Positions 34,935 to 40,000 of a stretch of 40,000 nucleotides of DNA are shown piece after piece. The notes under the pieces are model-generated. The model searched no databases and was not told the origin of the DNA. It saw nothing but the letters and a program-made list of their open reading frames with translations. The DNA is from Xanthomonas phage Xoo-sp14: sequence record MT939492.1. One strand, written 5' to 3'. Position 1 is the first letter of the stretch. Every line of letters begins with the position of its first letter. The position numbers and the translations under genes were made by a program.

Positions 34935-36668
34935 CTACATCACAGAGGCGGAAATCGCCTTCGCTGTGCGCTGGCCGAGGAGCGTGAAAAAAAGTCGTGT
35001 CACGTCGAGCGGCAGCAGGCGCGGATGCTTGGAGCCAGCCACGGTCTGCTCAGCGCCGCAGACACGGCACTCGTAACGCGGAATGGCGACCATCGCAACG
35101 GTCACCGAGTCGATGAACTTCTGCACGCCTTCGACGAAGCTTTCCACCACGTCCTGACGGCTGGAGATTTCACCCAGCAGCTCCACGAACGATTCACGCA
35201 CGTCATCGACGTCGTCCACTTCCGGATCGTAGGTCAGCACACCCGGCACCGCTTCTTCGGTGTTCTTGAAGATGATGCGCTTGACCCAGTGGCTGTACTG
35301 GCGAGCAGTGGCCATGCGGGACTGAGCGAGGATGTACTGGTCACGCTCCTGGCCGTCCAGGGACGTACCGAAGGCCGCGTCCACGCGCTCTTCGATGGAG
35401 TTGATCCAGTCGAAGGACGACTTCTCGTACAGCTCCACCGTCGGAACGGCGAACTCCACGTACACGTCGTCGGTGATGGCGCACAGCACCGTGCTGGCGT
35501 AGGCATGGCCGTTGACGTACTCGGCCAGCTCGGCGTCGTTGGTCTTCTGGGTACGGCGAGCCATCAGGCGGCGCTGGTTCTGGCTCAGGGCGCGTCGGTT
35601 GACGAACATCAGACGCGAGAGGTTCAGCACTTCTTCTTCGATGTGCTGGCACTCGTTGGCGTGGTTGGTGCACGGACGCGCCAGCGGGTAGCCGTTCGGG
35701 TTGTTGATCAGACCCAGCTGCAGCATCAGCAGCGGGATATCGGTGATCAGCATCTTCTGCTTGACCACGGCCGGGCTGATGTCCTTCAGCGTGCTGTCGT
35801 ACATCTTGCTGATGGCGAAGTTCACCACCGTCAGCTGATGGTAGACGTTGTTGGCCGAGAAGGCCAAGCCGCCGGAGACGCGGCCCAGGGTGATCTTGCT
35901 GTTGCCCAGCTGCTGTTCCAGTTCCAGCATCTCGCCTTCACCGGGCGCCTGCAGGGACACCCAGAAGCCGGAGTGCCACATCGGAGCCTGCGCCAGCGAA
36001 CCCACGCCCAGGCGCGCCTTCAGGCGGCTCTTGGCTTCTTCACCGGAGACACGGCCGTTGGTGCTGGAGTTGCCGCCGGTAGCCACCGGGCGGCCGATCA
36101 TCATTTCTTCGCCGTTGTAGTCGACCGTCTGCTGCCAGTCGGAACCTTCGACACCCAGAGCACGCTGACCGTAGTTGCCAGTGGGCATCAGGCGCGAACC
36201 ACGCGCAGCACCTTCCAGCCAGCGGATGACTTCCGGAGTGGCGGTGAGGTTGAGGTTGTTCAGGCTTTCGCCGACCGGCGCGAACTCTTCAGCGGTCTGG
36301 TTCAGGGTCCACAGATGGAAACCCTTCGTCACGTCCTGCTTCTCGGCTTCGGTGGTCAGCGGCCGGGTCAGCGGCCGGGTCAGGGTGACGGTCTTGCTCG
36401 GTTCGGTCGGCTCGGAGCGCTTGAGGTGCACACGACGCGAGGCGTCGGCGGCCAGCGTACGTTCACGCTTGGCGATGGGGCTTTCACCACCAACCTCGGC
36501 AGCCACCTGCTCGATATCGGTGTACGGATCCTGAACCAGCGTTTCGACCGGCGTACCGTTGGTGTTGACGAACTCACGCGGATCATCGGCTACCTGAACC
36601 GGCGTCGCTTCGACCGGGGTTTCAGCCGGCGGGGTTTCCTGGATGTTCTCGTTGGGATCCTGCGTCAC
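34935..36668 (-). CDS. Large uncharacterised phage protein with C-terminal Cys motif
   Basis: 577 aa: MTQDPNENIQETPPAETPVEATPVQVADDPRE...YECRVCGAEQTVAGSKHPRLLPLDVTRLFFTLLGQR. High-expression-like codon usage. Stop/start overlap with the downstream minus-strand gene. Confidence 0.88.
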   Translation of the reverse strand: MTQDPNENIQETPPAETPVEATPVQVADDPREFVNTNGTPVETLVQDPYTDIEQVAAEVGGESPIAKRERTLAADASRRVHLKRSEPTEPSKTVTLTRPLTRPLTTEAEKQDVTKGFHLWTLNQTAEEFAPVGESLNNLNLTATPEVIRWLEGAARGSRLMPTGNYGQRALGVEGSDWQQTVDYNGEEMMIGRPVATGGNSSTNGRVSGEEAKSRLKARLGVGSLAQAPMWHSGFWVSLQAPGEGEMLELEQQLGNSKITLGRVSGGLAFSANNVYHQLTVVNFAISKMYDSTLKDISPAVVKQKMLITDIPLLMLQLGLINNPNGYPLARPCTNHANECQHIEEEVLNLSRLMFVNRRALSQNQRRLMARRTQKTNDAELAEYVNGHAYASTVLCAITDDVYVEFAVPTVELYEKSSFDWINSIEERVDAAFGTSLDGQERDQYILAQSRMATARQYSHWVKRIIFKNTEEAVPGVLTYDPEVDDVDDVRESFVELLGEISSRQDVVESFVEGVQKFIDSVTVAMVAIPRYECRVCGAEQTVAGSKHPRLLPLDVTRLFFTLLGQRTAKAISASVM

Positions 36669-37219
36669 TGCTCGTTCTCCTGATGCGAGGTTTCTTCGAT
36701 CGGAGCTGCGACGGCCTCTTCGGCAGCCTTGTCGGCCTTCAGCTCTTCACGGGTTTCCTGGTCGTAGTAGCCCAGCGTCTGCACGATGTTGGGCATCACG
36801 ATGCGGGTATGGCGACCCTGCCAGTCGGCGTACTTCTCGGCGATATCGATGACCTGCATGGTCTCATCGCCAGTCATGCGCGGCTTGCTGGTCTTGCGCA
36901 CGCGCGCGGTGACGGTGTTGGAGAACTCGACGTGGCCCTTGCGGATGCCATCGAGTTCGGTACGGAAGGTGCGGCTGTCCTGGCTGACGACCTGCGCCAC
37001 CTTGACCAGCTCGGTCCGGTCTTCGACAGGAACCTGTTCCAGAGCTTCCTTGCTGCGCAGGATGTTCGAAACCGGCAGCACCTGCGCCAGCTGCTGTGCG
37101 CAGCCGGAGTAGACGTCTTCCAGTTCACGCAGCGACTGCGCAGTCAGGTCACGGTCCCTGCCCGCCTTGTAGGGCTTGCGTGCGTTGGTGTTCTTGCGAT
37201 TCTTGTTGCTAACGGGCAT
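36665..37219 (-). CDS. Uncharacterised phage protein
   Basis: MPVSNKNRKNTNARKPYKAGRDRDLTAQSLRELEDVYSG... GGAG upstream of this ATG. ATGA overlap with the 34935-36668 gene. Confidence 0.75.
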   Translation of the reverse strand: MPVSNKNRKNTNARKPYKAGRDRDLTAQSLRELEDVYSGCAQQLAQVLPVSNILRSKEALEQVPVEDRTELVKVAQVVSQDSRTFRTELDGIRKGHVEFSNTVTARVRKTSKPRMTGDETMQVIDIAEKYADWQGRHTRIVMPNIVQTLGYYDQETREELKADKAAEEAVAAPIEETSHQENEQ

Positions 37220-37261
37220 GTGTGCATCCACTCCGGGGATAGGTATGTCAAAAACGAATTG

Positions 37262-37283
37262 CAGCCTTTTCATATAAAGGCTG
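37262..37283. promoter_or_regulatory. AT-looped inverted repeat in divergent promoter region
   Basis: CAGCCTTT-TCATAT-AAAGGCTG between divergent genes. The loop gives ATATG on the minus strand. Confidence 0.4.
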
Positions 37284-37316
37284 GTGTGTGTACTATTTTA
37301 ACGAAAGGAGATTTGC

Positions 37317-38144
37317 ATGTCTGGTCTACTGACTGGCATTGCTCAGCTGGGTTGCTCCCCTGAGCGAGTTGCTCTGCTGGAACGCGTCCAAGACGTGCTT
37401 GCGGCCGTGGGCTTCACCGATATCGAGACTGAGGTGGAGAACGTCTACTTCAGCGGACAGGAAGTGGAGACCCACGTACTGATCGAAATGGTGGACAATC
37501 TCTTCCATGGTTATCTGGACAGCTCGCTGAAACAGCAGGGCGTGTTCACTCGCGACGATGCGAGCATGGAACAGAAGATGGTACTGCTGGAAGACCTGCA
37601 GCGCTTCGCCAACTTCGATTCTCCGCAGTTCTTCATCGAACAGCTGGACCTGGACGCGTCGGACACCGAGCGCCTGTGCGCTGCGCTGGAGATCGTCGGT
37701 CAGTGGGTCGCAGACCAGTACCTGGAGTTCATCATCCACGTCAACAAGGGCCTGCTCGATCGCATCCGTTCCTTCACCTCCGAAGTGGTTTCTGTCGAAT
37801 CCTCGGACAGTGTCGAACTGACTCGCGGTCGCCTGCGCATCCGTAGCTTCACGCACGCCTTCGGTAGCAACTTGGTTGCTGAGCTGATTCGTGAGGGCTA
37901 CGCCTGCGGCAACGAGTACACGCTCTACCTGCAGCAGCTGCGCGAACTGCTTCCCCAGCAGACCGATCAGGATCTGGCCAAGAACATGGTCGCGATCATG
38001 ATGGTCAGTGGTCTGCCGAAGGAAGCTCTGCTCGCCACGGCCGTCGAGGAAATCGAACACATGGATCTGCCTCTGATGCGCGTGAGTGCAATCAACGGGC
38101 TGATCAGCAAGACCTACGGGGACTTCATCAATGCTCAAGCGTGA
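37317..38144 (+). CDS. Uncharacterised phage protein
   Basis: 275 aa: MSGLLTGIAQLGCSPERVALLERVQDVLAAVG... AAAGGAG upstream. Confidence 0.88.
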   Translation: MSGLLTGIAQLGCSPERVALLERVQDVLAAVGFTDIETEVENVYFSGQEVETHVLIEMVDNLFHGYLDSSLKQQGVFTRDDASMEQKMVLLEDLQRFANFDSPQFFIEQLDLDASDTERLCAALEIVGQWVADQYLEFIIHVNKGLLDRIRSFTSEVVSVESSDSVELTRGRLRIRSFTHAFGSNLVAELIREGYACGNEYTLYLQQLRELLPQQTDQDLAKNMVAIMMVSGLPKEALLATAVEEIEHMDLPLMRVSAINGLISKTYGDFINAQA

Positions 38145-39465
38145 TTACTTCATCCTCGCCATGAACAGCGAGGCATATCGCTGGAAGGCGTGGACCATCG
38201 AAGCGTTCGCCCTCACCAACCTCGCAGGGAAGGATCGCACCGCCAAGGTTGACCCGTGGACTGATCCTGTCGGCGCCAAGCATCAGGGTGGTTATCCGTG
38301 CGCCCTGTTTGCTGATGACCAGACGGTCTGGTTCCATCACCCGGAGAGCGGTGAGCGCATTGTCATCGAAGACCTCAAGCCGATGACCAAGCCGTTCGAC
38401 TTCATGGACGAGTTGGAAGTCACCACCGAACAAGTACCGAACCTGCAGGAAGACGTCGTCACCACGTACGGCAACCTGCTGTTCAACTTCAACGTGCTGA
38501 TCTACGCGTTCGGGGCAGTGATGCCCTACATCAACGCACCGGTGAATGTTCGCAAGATCGAAGCCGAACTGGAGCGCCGTCTCTACGAAGAGGGCGAAAC
38601 CCCTCCGGCCGGCGGCGTCACCGTCGAGCAGTACAAGCGCTTCGCTGAAGCCATGCTCTACATGGCAGGCTTGACGCAGCTGTGCGTGCCAGCCGCCACG
38701 CCCAAGGCACTGACGATCAATCCCGCGATCATCAAGCGCCGTGACGAATTGCTGGAAGAGCACAAGGACCGTCTCCACGATCCTGCAGTGATCTCCGAGA
38801 TCGAGAACGAGCTGATCGCCATGGACCGCGCGGACATGGCTGACGATGAGAGCATGGGCTTCCTCATCGACAACAAGTCCTTTGACATCGTCCGTAAGAA
38901 GACGCTGATCATGCACGGCGCCGAGTCGGCATTCCAGGACGGCAACAATGTCCAGATGATCCCGACCTCGCTGGACGAAGGTCTTGACCCTGACTTCATG
39001 CCCGAGTACGCCAACTCGTTGCGTGAGGGCTCCTACGCTCGCGGGACGCTGACAGCATTGGGCGGCTCGAAGGTGAAGGAAACCTACCGCGTCGCACAGA
39101 ACGTCAGTGTTCAGAACGAAGACTGCGGCGTGAAGTTCGGCATTCCTACCTTGATCCCCAAGGGTAAGGAGAAGTACTACATCGGCAACTACTACTTCGA
39201 GAACGGCAAGCAAGGTCAGGTTACCGAAGAGAATGTTGCTGATCTGCAGACCCGCGCGATCGAAATCAGGTCGCCCATCTATTGCCATGCGGAAGGCTCG
39301 AACTACTGCCGCTTCTGCGTAGGCGATGCGCTGACGGCCGCCCCCGAGGCAATCCCCACCCTGCTGGCCGACGTTGGCTCGGCAATGATGGGGCGCTTCA
39401 TGGCGCTGATGCACGGCAAGAAACTCTCCACGGCCAAGTACGACTTCAAAACGGCCATCTCGTAG
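38131..39465 (+). CDS. Multisubunit RNA polymerase beta' subunit, C-terminal portion (copy B, distinct from 28272-30224)
   Basis: LREGSYARGTLTALGGSKVKETYRVAQNVSVQNEDCGVKFG (trigger-loop-like plus 'EDCGT'-like), then CHAEGSNYCRFCVGDAL...LLADVGSAMMGRFMALMHGKKLST (equivalent to C..GxCxxCyG..L...[21 protein letters not shown]). Confidence 0.8.
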   Translation: MLKRDYFILAMNSEAYRWKAWTIEAFALTNLAGKDRTAKVDPWTDPVGAKHQGGYPCALFADDQTVWFHHPESGERIVIEDLKPMTKPFDFMDELEVTTEQVPNLQEDVVTTYGNLLFNFNVLIYAFGAVMPYINAPVNVRKIEAELERRLYEEGETPPAGGVTVEQYKRFAEAMLYMAGLTQLCVPAATPKALTINPAIIKRRDELLEEHKDRLHDPAVISEIENELIAMDRADMADDESMGFLIDNKSFDIVRKKTLIMHGAESAFQDGNNVQMIPTSLDEGLDPDFMPEYANSLREGSYARGTLTALGGSKVKETYRVAQNVSVQNEDCGVKFGIPTLIPKGKEKYYIGNYYFENGKQGQVTEENVADLQTRAIEIRSPIYCHAEGSNYCRFCVGDALTAAPEAIPTLLADVGSAMMGRFMALMHGKKLSTAKYDFKTAIS

Positions 39466-39522
39466 CATGGTATGCATAATGCCAATGCAGCCCAACAACT
39501 TCATTGACCCCGAGGTATGAAC

Positions 39523-40000
39523 ATGTCGTATCAGCAGAAGAAGCTCAAGGATTTCACCGACGCCGACTACAAGGCCTGGGCACAGGACGGCACGCCGAAC
39601 GTCAACGGCACCAAGAACACCGTCATCTTCAACCGCGCTCGTGGCCGCTTCGAAGGCGCCGCCGATCTGGATGATGCCGATCTGACCGCCCTGCTGCTGG
39701 CCCTGCCGCTGGAAGGCGAAGCACCGGCCGCCGCCGCCGCCGAAACCGCCGAAGCTCCGGCCGCCGCCCAGGACACCGCTGAAGCGCAGGTCGTGGAAGG
39801 CGTCGTCGATGCACCGGCTGCCGCCGAAGAAGCCACCGAAGTCGAACGCGTGGAAAGCGCCGTCGAAACCCCGGTCAACACCCGCGCCGAAGTGGACGCC
39901 GTTCCCGACGACATCGCCGGCCCGAACACCAACACCCCGCGCGTGGCCTCGGTGAAGGAAAACACCTTCGTGCCGATGGGCAAGCTGGACGTGGAAACCC
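39523..40000 (+). CDS. Uncharacterised protein, N-terminal part (runs off the right edge), Ala/Glu-rich
   Basis: MSYQQKKLKDFTDADYKAWAQDGTPNVNGTKNTVIFNRARGRFEGAADL... Frame open to base 40000, extreme CTG/GCC/GAA codon bias. Confidence 0.8.
   Translation, partial: MSYQQKKLKDFTDADYKAWAQDGTPNVNGTKNTVIFNRARGRFEGAADLDDADLTALLLALPLEGEAPAAAAAETAEAPAAAQDTAEAQVVEGVVDAPAAAEEATEVERVESAVETPVNTRAEVDAVPDDIAGPNTNTPRVASVKENTFVPMGKLDVET

Noticed and set aside
1-40000. tRNA genes, CRISPR arrays, transposases/integrases, toxin-antitoxin or retron-like systems
   Set aside because: I searched by eye for cloverleaf 3' ends, regular repeat-spacer spacing, DDE/recombinase signatures and reverse-transcriptase YxDD motifs, and found nothing I could support. 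tRNAscan-SE and an Infernal search would be decisive.

Overview
The whole 40 kb reads as one segment of a large tailed-phage (jumbo, phiKZ-like supergroup) genome. It is densely packed with mostly + strand genes, has compact GC-rich hairpins between transcription units, and shows no bacterial housekeeping genes. The strongest anchors are divergent fragments of multisubunit RNA polymerase: a beta' N-terminal fragment with a zinc ribbon and NADFDGD (11374-12783), a beta C-terminal fragment (26155-28266), and two different beta' C-terminal-type fragments (28272-30224 and 38131-39465). Other anchors are a family-B DNA polymerase piece with motifs B and C (5555-7900), an SF2 helicase (30599-32131), an SbcD/Mre11-like metallophosphoesterase (17067-18182) and a MazG-like protein (702-1100). 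Most remaining genes are uncharacterised. Points for follow-up: (1) intergenic hairpins are repeatedly bordered by TATG (3' side) and/or CATA (5' side), which resembles the TATG late-promoter core of phiKZ nvRNAP; (2) an array of about 8 consecutive small genes (1294-4947) seems to share a protein layout and a C-terminal 'F.gWL..DhVV.h' motif; (3) several proteins carry Arg/Asp-rich low-complexity tails; (4) an exact intergenic 21-bp repeat lies upstream of two gene blocks. No tRNA, CRISPR array or transposon was supported. All assignments come from reading motifs, not from database searches.
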